NCBI GenBank assembly: GCA_017853715.1 | Contig: JAFMIZ010000004.1 | Location: 2,920 to 66,919, forward strand | Reading direction: 5' to 3' | Source of the DNA: Pedosphaera sp. | GTDB lineage: Bacteria > Verrucomicrobiota > Verrucomicrobiia > Limisphaerales > DSYF01 | DNA length: 64,000 nucleotides | Shown: piece after piece, positions 46,043 through 55,731 of the stretch | How positions within the stretch are numbered: the first letter of the stretch is position 1 | Layout of the letters: every line of letters begins with the position of its first letter | The notes under the pieces: generated by a model | Told to the model about the DNA's origin: nothing | What the model saw: the letters and a program-made list of their open reading frames with translations, nothing else | Database searches by the model: none | Program-made: the position numbers and the translations under genes

Positions 46043-47959
46043 CTAATTTTTGACGTCCAATCCATCGAGTTGCTCGAAGCTTTCCTCGATGGAACGCGTG
46101 TCTTGGATGCGTGCCAGCCGCGCGTAAAGGCCGTTGGCAGCCAACAGCTCCCCGTGTGAGCCGCGCTCGATGATTTCGCCATGCCGTAGCACGAGGATTT
46201 GGTCCGCCCGCCGCACCGTGCTGAGTCGGTGGGCGATGACAAAGCTCGTGCGGTTGGCCATCAGTCGCTCCAGTGCTTCCTGAATCAGCCGTTCCGTGGC
46301 GGTGTCCACGCTGGCGGTGGCTTCGTCCAGAACCAGGATGGGCGAATTCTTCAGCAGCGCTCGCGCAATGCTGACCCTCTGCTTTTCGCCCACGCTCAAC
46401 TTGACGCCGCGCTCCCCCACGCGGGAGTCGTAGCCCTCTGGCAGCCGCATGATGAAATCATGGCAGTTGGCGGCTTTCGTGGCGGCGAACAATTTTTCCT
46501 CCGTGGCATCGAGCTTTCCGTAAAGGATGTTTTCGCGCACGGTGCCGTTGAACAGAAACGCTTCCTGACTGACCACGCTGATCTGGCTGCGCAACGAGTC
46601 GAGGCTGACGTCGCGCGTGTCCTGTCCATCAATGCAGATGGTGCCGCTGGTGGCTTCGTAGAACGCCGGAAGCAAATTCACCAGCGTGGATTTGCCTGCG
46701 CCGGTTGGCCCCACGAGTGCGATCATCTCACCGGGTTTGGCGTGGAGCGAAATGCCGCGCAGCACTTGCCTGGTTTCAGGTTCAGGGGTAGGAGCCGACG
46801 TGAGGAGCCTCTGGTCGGTTGTATCAATAAGCTTCGAGCCTTTAGCCTGCGCGCCCGTTTGATAGCTAAACCCCACGTTCTCATAAACGATCTCCCCACG
46901 GACCGGCAGGTTCATCGACTCCGTGCGGTTTCCCCGTTCCGGTGCAGCATCGAGTATGTCGAACACCCGCGCCGCGGCTGCCCGCGCCGATTGCATCATC
47001 TGGTTCAAGCCATGCAGACGCCCGATCGGTTCATAGAAAAACAAACCCGCGTACAGCATGAACGCGACCAGTTGGCCGACTTCCATTTGGCCGTTCAACA
47101 CCTGCTGGCCGCCTGCCCATAGAATCAGGCCGATGCCAAGCGCGCCGACGAATTGCATCGCGGGTCCATACCAAGCCCACGCACGCATCACGACAAGCGT
47201 GCCATCGCGCAGTTCATCCGCGCGCTGGGTGAAGCGCGCATCCTCGTGCTCTTGCCGGCCAAACGCTTTGATCTGCCGGATGCCCTGCAAGTCATCCATC
47301 AAGAGCGCATTCATGGCGCTCGAAGCCTGACGTTGCAGGCGGTAGCGCTTGTGGGCGGTGGTGGTATACCACAGCGCACCGCCGATCAGAAAGGGCAGGG
47401 GAATCAGCGCCACCGCCGCGAGCACCGGACTGTAGAGAATCATGAACACCATGGCGCTCACGATGCTCAATAACGCCACCGTGCCCTGCTCGGTGCCATC
47501 AATCAGCAGGCGCTCCACATTGTTCACATCCTCGATGACGCGCGTCATCAGGTCGCCCGAGGAACGCTGGTCAAACCATGCCACGGGCAAACGTTGCAGC
47601 CGCGCGAACACCTGCCGCCGCATGTCGAAGATGACGTTTTGTTCGAGCCGGTTATTGATGCGGATGCGAATGCTGTTGAACGCTTGTTGCAGGAAGAAAG
47701 CAACGAGCAAACCGATTGACGCGGGAGCGAGCAGATCGTCGCGTTCCGCGCTGATCACATCATCGATGATGATGCGGGTGAGCTTGGGATAGGCCATGCC
47801 CGCCGCCAGCGACAACACCGCGCATATCACCGTGCCAATCGCCATGCCCCAATACGGACGCAAATAAACTGCCACGCGCCGGATGACTTCACCCGCCGGT
47901 CGTGGTGCCGATTTGAACGAAGGATCCGTATGGCTGCCGTAGCCTGGATGGCTGCTCAT
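46043..47959 (-). CDS. ABC exporter, fused permease/ATPase (MsbA/ABCB-like)
   Basis: Six-TM exporter domain, Walker A GPTGAGKST, signature LSVGEKQR, and Walker B ILVLDEATSAVD-like (ILVLDEATASVD). It has an atypical insertion of about 25 aa just before Walker A (see findings). Confidence 0.9.
   Translation of the reverse strand: MSSHPGYGSHTDPSFKSAPRPAGEVIRRVAVYLRPYWGMAIGTVICAVLSLAAGMAYPKLTRIIIDDVISAERDDLLAPASIGLLVAFFLQQAFNSIRIRINNRLEQNVIFDMRRQVFARLQRLPVAWFDQRSSGDLMTRVIEDVNNVERLLIDGTEQGTVALLSIVSAMVFMILYSPVLAAVALIPLPFLIGGALWYTTTAHKRYRLQRQASSAMNALLMDDLQGIRQIKAFGRQEHEDARFTQRADELRDGTLVVMRAWAWYGPAMQFVGALGIGLILWAGGQQVLNGQMEVGQLVAFMLYAGLFFYEPIGRLHGLNQMMQSARAAAARVFDILDAAPERGNRTESMNLPVRGEIVYENVGFSYQTGAQAKGSKLIDTTDQRLLTSAPTPEPETRQVLRGISLHAKPGEMIALVGPTGAGKSTLVNLLPAFYEATSGTICIDGQDTRDVSLDSLRSQISVVSQEAFLFNGTVRENILYGKLDATEEKLFAATKAANCHDFIMRLPEGYDSRVGERGVKLSVGEKQRVSIARALLKNSPILVLDEATASVDTATERLIQEALERLMANRTSFVIAHRLSTVRRADQILVLRHGEIIERGSHGELLAANGLYARLARIQDTRSIEESFEQLDGLDVKN
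46788..46811 (-). repeat. Dispersed 24-nt motif, copy inside the ABC exporter CDS (sense to the gene)
   Basis: The minus strand reads GAGGCTCCTCACGTCGGCTCCTAC. It matches the 6865 copy at 20 of 24 positions. Confidence 0.8.
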
Positions 47960-48471
47960 GTGTTGGCATCCAGGAAATCCACCATCCCCTTGCCGAACGG
48001 GGCGAGATCGCGCGGCGTACGGCTGGAAATCAGGTTGCCGTCTACCACTACGGGCTCATTCACCCAAATGCCGCCGGCGTTCTCCAGGTCATCCTTGATG
48101 CCGAGGGAGCCGGTGACGCGCTTGCCTTTGAGAATCTTGGCGGAAATGGGGATCCAGCCGCCGTGGCAGATGAAGGCGACCAGTTTGCCTTGCTTGAAGA
48201 ACTCGCGCGTCAAGGACAGCACTTTTGCGTCACGCCGCAGCTTGTCCGGCATGAAACCGCCCGGAATCAGCAGGCCGCAAAAGTCCTCGCTCCGGGCATC
48301 CGCGATGAGCATGTCACTGGCCGCTGGATAGCCGTGCTTGCCGCTGAAGGTTCCGAGTTTTGGCCCGGCCACGCGCATGGCATAGCCCGCTTCCTCCACG
48401 CGCAACTTCGGATACCACAACTCCAGGTCTTCGTAGATGTCGTCAACAAACGTCAGCAAAGTTTTTTGCAT
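47956..48471 (-). CDS. DJ-1/PfpI family protein
   Basis: PfpI-like sequence (FEDLELWYP, nucleophile elbow AFICHGG). Its stop overlaps the ABC exporter start (ATGA). I chose the ATG at 48471. Confidence 0.85.
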   Translation of the reverse strand: MQKTLLTFVDDIYEDLELWYPKLRVEEAGYAMRVAGPKLGTFSGKHGYPAASDMLIADARSEDFCGLLIPGGFMPDKLRRDAKVLSLTREFFKQGKLVAFICHGGWIPISAKILKGKRVTGSLGIKDDLENAGGIWVNEPVVVDGNLISSRTPRDLAPFGKGMVDFLDANT

Positions 48472-48810
48472 GGCGGAAGTTGGGCGCAATCACTGCAAAT
48501 CGCAAGTTGCCAGTCTGAACGGCTGGCTGGGGGGGCTGGAATGTGCCCGATGGCGGCAAGCATCACTGCTCGCGGCAGGATGCCGACGCTATATTCTTGC
48601 ACAGCATCGGGATGATGGCCACTGGTGGTTGTCCTGCAAGCTCATGGGCTGGAATATTTGCGCGGTTCTTCCGGCCGCTGCATGCGTGACCAGACAAATC
48701 TTGCCCTTCGCTCGGCCAATATCAGGTCAGCAAAGATTGCTTTTCCATGATGCGCTTGAAGGGATTTCGATTACCGTAGCATGGAAAGCCACGGCTAGGG
48801 TGGAGGTGTT

Positions 48811-51800
48811 GTGAATGCCAGTCGCACAGCCAATTCCGGAGCGAGGTGTGGGCGTCGGGAGCCGGCCAGCCGGTGTCCCCCGCGTTTTCTTGGCATTGAT
48901 CTTGGGGCGGAGACCATCAAGGTGGTCGAACTGTTCCAGCAGGACGGCAAGGCGTCACTCGGACGCAGGCAGATCATCGAGCATCACAAAGAGCCCGGCG
49001 CCCGGCTCACAGTGCTGTTGCGCGAGTTCGATTGGGGCAGCGTGAACGGCGCCGCAGTGAGCGGGCGGCTTGCCCGCTTGGTGCGGCTTCCTCGCATCCC
49101 CACCAAGCAGGCACAAACCACGGGCTTCCGATTCTTCTTCGGCGAACGGGAAGCCACGGTCGTGTCCATCGGAAGTCATGGCTTTTCTGTGCTTGAACTG
49201 CGCCCCCATGGGCTGGAGGTTCTGCGTGAGAACAGCCGTTGCTCGCAGGGCACGGGCAACTTCCTGCGCCAACTTTGCGAACGCTTCAACCTGACACCCG
49301 CCGAGGCCAGTGAATTGTGTGCTGAAGTCGAGAAGTCCGCGCCCCTCTCGGGCCGTTGTCCCGTCATCCTCAAAACTGACATGACGCATCTGGCCAACAA
49401 GGGCGAGAATCGTGAATCCATTCTCGCCGGCCTCTTCGATGCCGTTTGTGAGAACGTGATGGTGCTGGTGAAGCCCGGCATCAGTCCGGCGGATGTGGCG
49501 TTGATCGGGGGGGTGAGCCGGTCGCGCCGGATTCGCAAGTCCTTTGCGGCCAAACTGGCGGCGCAGCAAATGAACCTGCTCGATGTGCTGCCCGAGGACG
49601 CGGAATTCTTCGAAGCCATCGGCTGCGCGTTACAGGCGGCTTCCAATCCCAGCGCGCCACCTGAACTGGATGAGTTGCTTGCGGTCCACACCGAATGCCG
49701 GCTGGAAACGGTTGGCGCGTTGAGCGGCGCGCTGCGGTTGGTGCGTCGCATGCCGTGCGTGGCCATGCCGGAACGCAATGGGCATCTGCGCCAGTTGGTT
49801 CTGGGCTTCGACATCGGCTCAACCGGTTCCAAGGCCGTCGCACTGGATGCGGAGACACAGGAAACCATCTGGGAAGGTTACCGTCGCACATCGGGTGACC
49901 CTGTCGGGGCCGCGCAGGATTTACTGGGGCGCTTCGTCAGCGAACGGGCCGGGGACGGCGTGGTTCGTGCAATTGGTGTCACGGGCAGCGGACGCGAAAT
50001 CGCCGGGTCACTGATGACGACGTGCTACGGCGGCGATGCCGTTTTCATCCTGAACGAAATTGCGGCGCATGCCGAGGGTGCGCTGCACTTTGATTCCCGC
50101 GTGGACACCATCTTTGAAATCGGCGGGCAGGACGCCAAATACATCCGTCTGGCCGATGGGCGTGTCGTGGATTGCGCGATGAACGAGGCCTGCAGCGCGG
50201 GCACCGGCTCGTTTATTGAGGAGCAGGGCAGCAAGTTTAACGGCATCAAGGGCGTCGTGCAGCTCGGCGAGGAGGCGTTGCGCGCGGAGCAATGCATCTC
50301 GCTCGGCCAGCATTGTTCAGTCTTCATGGCGGAAGTGATCGGAGAGGCAGTGGCCGGCGGACGCGAGCAGCGCGAGATCATCGCGGGCCTTTATGATTCG
50401 ATCATCCAGAACTACCTGCACCGCGTGAAGGGCAACCGCTCCGTCGGCACGGTCATCTTCTGTCAGGGAATGCCGTTTGCCTCCGATGCCTTGGCCGCAG
50501 CGGTCGCCCGGCAGACCGGCAGCGAAATCATCGTTCCGCCGAACCCGGGCACTGTCGGTGCGATGGGTATTGCGTTGCTGGCGCGGAAGGAGACGAACTG
50601 GAAGGCCAATGCGATTCTTGACCCGCAGCGGTTTCTGGATGCGCGCATTGTGGCGAAGGAGACTTTCAACTGTGGCTCCACAGTGGGCTGCGGCGGGGCG
50701 GGAAATCATTGCCGAATTGATTCCATTCGCACGGTGGTGGCCGGCCAGCAGCAGCGATTCAACTGGGGCGGGGCCTGCGCGCTCTACGACAAGGGCACCC
50801 GCAAACGCAAGCTCCCGGACCGCTCGCCCGACCCGTTCCGTGAACGCGAGCAGCTGATTCAATCGCTGGTGGCCTCGCTGGCTGACACGCCCGGCGCTAA
50901 GAGTGTCGCCATCACGGATGAGTTCGGTCTCAAAGGCACCTTCCCGTTCTTCGTCACGTTCTTTCACGGGCTGGGTTACAATCTGCGCTTCTCCACCGGG
51001 GCGGACCACTCTGTCCTGAAGCGTGGTTTGAAGGAGGCAAACATTCCATATTGCGCGCCCATGCAGCTTTATCACGGCCTGACCAGCCAGATGGCCGATG
51101 GCGGGGCGGACTTCGTTTTCCTGCCGATGGTGCGCGGATTGCCGCGGGTGGGCGGCGAACAACATGCGAAGGCGTGTCCGGTGGTGCAGGCCAGTCCGTG
51201 GCTGCTGCGGCAGGACTTGAACAACAAACTGAGCGGCAACGTGCTCTCGCCCGTGATTGATGTGGGCCCGGGCAACTACGATTCGCCCGAATTTCTGCGC
51301 AGTTGCGCCAGCCTCGCCGCCACGCTTGGTTTCAGAGACGAACGCTACTGGCTGCCCGCCTTCCGCAAGGCGATTGTCGCTCAGAACCGCGTTGACCAGG
51401 CCGGTCGGGAGATTGGTGTTCGCGCGCTGGCGTTCTGCATGGAACGCAACCTGCCGGCCGTGGTGGTGCTCGGGCGGCCTTACACGATTTACAACAAGGT
51501 GCTCAACTCCAACGTGCCGGCGATTCTCCGCGAACAGGGCGCGATGGGCATTCCCGTGGATTGCTTTCCCGTGGACGGTGACGTGCCGGTGTTTGGCGAC
51601 ATGTATTGGGCGCACGGTCAGCGCATTCTCCGTGCGGCGCATCAGATTCGGCGCACGGCAGGCGTGTATGCGCTCTATTGCAGCAATTACTCCTGCGGCC
51701 CGGACAGCTTCAACCTGCACTTCTTCGCCTACATCATGGAGGGCAAGCCGTTTGTGATCATTGAGACCGACGGGCACGCGGGCGACGCCGGTACGAAGAC

Positions 51801-53178
51801 CCGCGTGGAGGCGTTCCTCCATTGCGTGGCGGGTGAACTCAAGGCCGGCAAACCGGCGGCGAAGGAACCGGGCGAATTCGCTGCGCTCCAACATCGCGAA
51901 ATGAGCGTGGTGGATATTCGTCCGGATGAAACCATCTTGATTCCGCAACTGGGGCCCAACCCGGCCGTGCTGGCGGCGTGTTTGCGCGGCCTTGGCCTGC
52001 GCGCCGAAACGTTGCCCCCGGTGGACGCGGAGACCTTGCGCGTGGGTCGCCGGGTCACCTCGGGCAAGGAATGCGTGCCCATCACGATGACGCTGGGCGC
52101 GATGCTCCATCGCGTTCGCCAGGGGAAGCCGGATGGGAAATTTGTCTTCACCATGCCGGGAGGCAGCGGGCCTTGCCGGTTTGGCGTTTACAATCTGCTG
52201 AATGCGATCACGCTCGAACGCGAAGGGCTGCGCGGCCGAGTTCGCATCTGGGCACCGCACGAAAAGGGCTACTTTGACAAACTGCCTCCCGGGTTTGCGC
52301 TGCTGGTTTTCACCGGCTTTACCGTGGTGGATGCGCTGCTGGAGGCGCTGTTGGAAGTGCGGCCAGTCGAGTCACAACCCGGCGCGGCCGTTGCCATCTA
52401 TGAGCGGGCTAATGATCGGATGCTGAAACAAATTGAAAGCCTGGCAGGAACCGACCTCGGTTTGAGCCGGTCACTCCTGCAGATTACCACCGGCAACCTC
52501 TTCGGCCTGCGCCAGACGCTTGTGGATGCCTTGCGCGAACTGGCAGCAATCCGGGGAAGCGTGGATCTGCCCACTGCGCTGGTGACCGGTGAGATCTACG
52601 TTCGCTCGAATCCCTTTGCGAATGACAACGTGGTGGCGCGACTGGAGGAACGTGGCATTCGGGCCAAGCTCGTTCCGTGCAGCGAATTCGTGGAATATGT
52701 GGATCACTTGAACCGGCACGAAAACGGGCGCAATGCGGTGAGCGACCGGGTTGGCTCGGCGGCACAGGAGCGCGTCCGGTCGGTGGTGCATCGCATGGTG
52801 ACCCGCGAGCTGGGGGGACACGACCGGACCCGGGTCAGCGAGACGCTGGCGGCGGCGCGCGGGTATGTGCCGGAGAGCTTGCAGGGCGAGGCGGTGCTGA
52901 CGGTGGGGGCGGCGTTGCATTACTGGCGGGCGGGATTGATTGATGCGGCGGTAAACGTCGGGCCGCTGGAATGCATGCCCACCAAGATCGCGGAGGCGCA
53001 GTTCTTCCACATTGCGCAAAAGGAGGGGCTGCCCACGCTGACCCTGGCCCTGAACGGCGACCCGCTAAACCCTGAAGCACTCGACAATTTCGCCTTTGAG
53101 GTGCATGAGCGGTTTCGCCGGAAGCACGACCGCGCCGGGAGTATCGTTCAGCCTTTCTCTTTGACTGCCCGCGCCTAA
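48811..53178 (+). CDS. Acyl-CoA dehydratase activase-related fusion protein: two BcrAD/BadFG ATPase domains plus Cys-rich dehydratase-component-like (DUF2229-type) C-terminal domains
   Basis: Two ASKHA ATPase modules (FLGIDLGAETIK; VLGFDIGSTGSKAV). Each has cluster-ligand-like Cys contexts (NSRCSQGTGNF / SGRCPVILKTD; NEACSAGTGSF / GQHCSVFMAE). The C-terminal 850 aa carries conserved Cys motifs (CGSTVGCGGAGNHC, YCSNYSCGPD, GPCRFG, PLECMP). The GTG start is preceded by GGAGG with a 4-nt spacer. Confidence 0.85.
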   Translation: MNASRTANSGARCGRREPASRCPPRFLGIDLGAETIKVVELFQQDGKASLGRRQIIEHHKEPGARLTVLLREFDWGSVNGAAVSGRLARLVRLPRIPTKQAQTTGFRFFFGEREATVVSIGSHGFSVLELRPHGLEVLRENSRCSQGTGNFLRQLCERFNLTPAEASELCAEVEKSAPLSGRCPVILKTDMTHLANKGENRESILAGLFDAVCENVMVLVKPGISPADVALIGGVSRSRRIRKSFAAKLAAQQMNLLDVLPEDAEFFEAIGCALQAASNPSAPPELDELLAVHTECRLETVGALSGALRLVRRMPCVAMPERNGHLRQLVLGFDIGSTGSKAVALDAETQETIWEGYRRTSGDPVGAAQDLLGRFVSERAGDGVVRAIGVTGSGREIAGSLMTTCYGGDAVFILNEIAAHAEGALHFDSRVDTIFEIGGQDAKYIRLADGRVVDCAMNEACSAGTGSFIEEQGSKFNGIKGVVQLGEEALRAEQCISLGQHCSVFMAEVIGEAVAGGREQREIIAGLYDSIIQNYLHRVKGNRSVGTVIFCQGMPFASDALAAAVARQTGSEIIVPPNPGTVGAMGIALLARKETNWKANAILDPQRFLDARIVAKETFNCGSTVGCGGAGNHCRIDSIRTVVAGQQQRFNWGGACALYDKGTRKRKLPDRSPDPFREREQLIQSLVASLADTPGAKSVAITDEFGLKGTFPFFVTFFHGLGYNLRFSTGADHSVLKRGLKEANIPYCAPMQLYHGLTSQMADGGADFVFLPMVRGLPRVGGEQHAKACPVVQASPWLLRQDLNNKLSGNVLSPVIDVGPGNYDSPEFLRSCASLAATLGFRDERYWLPAFRKAIVAQNRVDQAGREIGVRALAFCMERNLPAVVVLGRPYTIYNKVLNSNVPAILREQGAMGIPVDCFPVDGDVPVFGDMYWAHGQRILRAAHQIRRTAGVYALYCSNYSCGPDSFNLHFFAYIMEGKPFVIIETDGHAGDAGTKTRVEAFLHCVAGELKAGKPAAKEPGEFAALQHREMSVVDIRPDETILIPQLGPNPAVLAACLRGLGLRAETLPPVDAETLRVGRRVTSGKECVPITMTLGAMLHRVRQGKPDGKFVFTMPGGSGPCRFGVYNLLNAITLEREGLRGRVRIWAPHEKGYFDKLPPGFALLVFTGFTVVDALLEALLEVRPVESQPGAAVAIYERANDRMLKQIESLAGTDLGLSRSLLQITTGNLFGLRQTLVDALRELAAIRGSVDLPTALVTGEIYVRSNPFANDNVVARLEERGIRAKLVPCSEFVEYVDHLNRHENGRNAVSDRVGSAAQERVRSVVHRMVTRELGGHDRTRVSETLAAARGYVPESLQGEAVLTVGAALHYWRAGLIDAAVNVGPLECMPTKIAEAQFFHIAQKEGLPTLTLALNGDPLNPEALDNFAFEVHERFRRKHDRAGSIVQPFSLTARA

Positions 53179-53187
53179 ACTGTCCGC

Positions 53188-55227
53188 GTGTCACGCGAGT
53201 ATGTCTTGCAGCCGTTCCGGGCGCCAATCGAGCTTTCAATCGATTACACCAAGGAACTGAACGAGCAGCAGTGTGCTGCCGTCACCGCGCCGCCCGGGCC
53301 GGCGCTGGTCATTGCGGGTGCCGGCTCGGGCAAGACGCGCACGCTGACCTATCGGGTCGCTTACTTGCTGGAGCAGGGGATTCCCGCCGACCGCATGTTG
53401 CTGCTGACGTTCACGAACAAGGCGGCGAAGGAAATGATGCGGCGCGTGTCGGATCTGTTGGGGCAGGAGCCGCCCGATTTGTGGGGCGGCACATTTCATT
53501 CCATTGGCAACCGCATTCTCCGCCAGCATGCACCCAAGCTCGGTTTCGGGCGCGACTTTACCATCCTCGATCGTGACGACGCCAAGACGATCATCAAGTC
53601 GTCCATCGGCGAGGCGCAGATTGACGTGAAGGCAACTCGCTTTCCCAAGCCGGAGGTGTTGCAGGAAGTGTTCTCGCTGGCGGTCAATACTCACAAGCCC
53701 GTGGAGCAGATCGTCGGTGAGCAATACGATCATTTCTCGCATCTCACGCCTGCCATCGTGGGGTTGGCTCAGCGTTACGCGGAGAAGAAGCGCGCCACCA
53801 ATGCGATGGATTTCGATGACTTGCTGGTGTTGTGGCTGCGGCTGTTGCAGGAGCATGAGGATGTCCGCGGGCAATATCAGCGGCGGTTCCAATTCGTGCT
53901 GGTGGACGAGTATCAGGACACGAACAAGCTCCAGAGCGACTTGATCGATCTGCTGGCGGCGCGCAGCAAGAACGTGATGGTGGTGGGTGATGACGCCCAG
54001 AGCATCTACGCGTGGCGCGGGGCGAACTTCCAAAACATCCTCAAGTTCCCGGAACGTTATCCGGGCGCGCAGGTGTTTAAGATCGAGACCAATTACCGCA
54101 GCACGCCGGAGATCTTGCAGGTGGCCAATGCCGCCATCGCCGCGAATGTGAACCAGTTCGCCAAGGAACTGGCTCCCGCGCGGAAGTCCGGCGTCAAGCC
54201 GGCCGTGGTGGCGTGTGAAGATGCCGGGCAACAGGCGGCGTTTGTGGCGCAACGGTTGTTGGAGTTGCGCGAGGAAGGCTCCGATTTGAACAATATGGCG
54301 GTGCTGTACCGTTCGCACTTTCACGCACTTGAACTTCAGCTCGAACTGACACGGCGGAACATTCCATTCAGCATCACCAGTGGCATCCGTTTCTTCGAGC
54401 AGGCGCACATCAAGGACGTGACGGCCTACATCAAGTTCGTGGCGAATCCGAGGGACGAACTGTCGTTCAAGCGGCTGGTGGAGCTGTTGCCGGGGGTGGG
54501 TGCCAAGGCGGCGGATAAGTTGTGGGCGGCAATGGGGTCTGGCATCTCGGATTTGGGGTCCGGGGAAAGACCTGAGCGCCCAGACGCCAGACCCCATTCC
54601 CAACTCGCCACCGCGCTGCAAAAGTGTTCGGGCGCCGTGCCGAAGAGGGCGGCGTCAGCATGGGCTCAGTTCGTGGCCACCCTTTCGCAATTGGAAGCAC
54701 CCGACGTGCGTAACAGCGCGTCGAAGATGATCAAGTTGGTGATGGATGCGGGCTACGATGATTATCTGATTGAGAACTACGACAATCACGCGAACCGGCT
54801 GGATGACTTGGAGCAACTGGCAGTGTTCGCCCGGCAGTTGCCGACGTTGGAGGAGTTTCTAACCCAGCTCGCGTTGCTGACGAACGTCGAATCGGAAGAC
54901 CAACAGCCCAAGCCGAACGACGAGGAACGCGTGCGGCTCTCCACCGTGCACCAGGCGAAGGGGCTCGAATTTGATGTGGTGTTCGTGATCATGCTTTGCG
55001 ACGGGCTGTTTCCGTCGAGCCGGTCCATCGACATCCCGGACGGTGAGGAGGAGGAGCGGCGATTGTTCTACGTGGCGGTGACGCGTGCGCGCAACGAGCT
55101 GTACCTGAGTTACCCGATGGTGCGCAGCGGGTTTTCGGGCGAAGGCTTCGAGTTGCAGCATCCGTCGCGGTTCCTCAGTGAGATTCCACCAGAACTGGTT
55201 GAGGAATGGAATCTGCGGCGGTATTGA
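53188..55227 (+). CDS. uvrD: ATP-dependent DNA helicase, UvrD/PcrA/Rep family
   Basis: Motif I AGAGSGKTRTL, motif II VDEYQDTN, plus NYRSTPEIL, VHQAKGLEFDVVF and YVAVTRAR. GTG start 10 nt after the preceding stop. Confidence 0.9.
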   Translation: MSREYVLQPFRAPIELSIDYTKELNEQQCAAVTAPPGPALVIAGAGSGKTRTLTYRVAYLLEQGIPADRMLLLTFTNKAAKEMMRRVSDLLGQEPPDLWGGTFHSIGNRILRQHAPKLGFGRDFTILDRDDAKTIIKSSIGEAQIDVKATRFPKPEVLQEVFSLAVNTHKPVEQIVGEQYDHFSHLTPAIVGLAQRYAEKKRATNAMDFDDLLVLWLRLLQEHEDVRGQYQRRFQFVLVDEYQDTNKLQSDLIDLLAARSKNVMVVGDDAQSIYAWRGANFQNILKFPERYPGAQVFKIETNYRSTPEILQVANAAIAANVNQFAKELAPARKSGVKPAVVACEDAGQQAAFVAQRLLELREEGSDLNNMAVLYRSHFHALELQLELTRRNIPFSITSGIRFFEQAHIKDVTAYIKFVANPRDELSFKRLVELLPGVGAKAADKLWAAMGSGISDLGSGERPERPDARPHSQLATALQKCSGAVPKRAASAWAQFVATLSQLEAPDVRNSASKMIKLVMDAGYDDYLIENYDNHANRLDDLEQLAVFARQLPTLEEFLTQLALLTNVESEDQQPKPNDEERVRLSTVHQAKGLEFDVVFVIMLCDGLFPSSRSIDIPDGEEEERRLFYVAVTRARNELYLSYPMVRSGFSGEGFELQHPSRFLSEIPPELVEEWNLRRY

Positions 55228-55254
55228 ATGCCTGCGGTTGGCCGGGGATGCCGC

Positions 55255-55731
55255 CTAGGGTCGCGACTGGTGCATGATGACCAGGCCGACTGCCACGACG
55301 GCGCAGATTCCCAGGAAGAGGTAGCCCACCAGAATGCCCGCCTTGGCCAGCTCATCCCCCAACATGCGTCCGTCGCGCTTGATCTCCGCGCGGGCCATGT
55401 AGCCGCAAACGATTCCCGGGATGCAGCCGAGCGGACCCAGCAGCACGCTGGAACAGGAAAGCGCCAGTGAAGCCACGGCGAGTTTTGAGCATTCGGGTTC
55501 GGGCTGTGGTTGGTTTTGGAAGGCGGCAAGGTCCGTCGCTCTCGGGGCGCCGTGCGCGTGCGTAGGGATGGGCACCCGGCCAGTGGAAACGCGCAGTTGA
55601 TGTTCATCGGGCAGGTCGGGCACCACGACGGTCAATCCGCAGGCAGGGCAGGGGATGGACTTGCCGGCCAGTGAATCTTCGCACTGGATGTGCTGTTCAC
55701 AGTGCGGACAGGCGAATTTCAAGTCGCGCAT
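55255..55731 (-). CDS. Zinc-ribbon / DUF4190-like membrane protein
   Basis: N-terminal CPHC...CPAC ribbon and a C-terminal two-TM GYxxxxxI-type region. Confidence 0.55.
   Translation of the reverse strand: MRDLKFACPHCEQHIQCEDSLAGKSIPCPACGLTVVVPDLPDEHQLRVSTGRVPIPTHAHGAPRATDLAAFQNQPQPEPECSKLAVASLALSCSSVLLGPLGCIPGIVCGYMARAEIKRDGRMLGDELAKAGILVGYLFLGICAVVAVGLVIMHQSRP

Noticed and set aside
48437-48814. 125-aa plus-strand ORF spanning the DJ-1/activase spacer
   Set aside because: Its start overlaps the DJ-1 gene in antisense. It is Cys/Trp/Arg-rich with no motifs or ribosome-binding site, so it is unlikely to be coding.
50317-52260. 647-aa minus-strand ORF
   Set aside because: It is antisense to the activase fusion gene. 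Its composition is dominated by R, A, G and H and it has no domains. It is a shadow ORF of a high-GC coding region.
53236-54621. 461-aa minus-strand ORF
   Set aside because: It is antisense to uvrD, whose helicase motifs are unambiguous on the plus strand.
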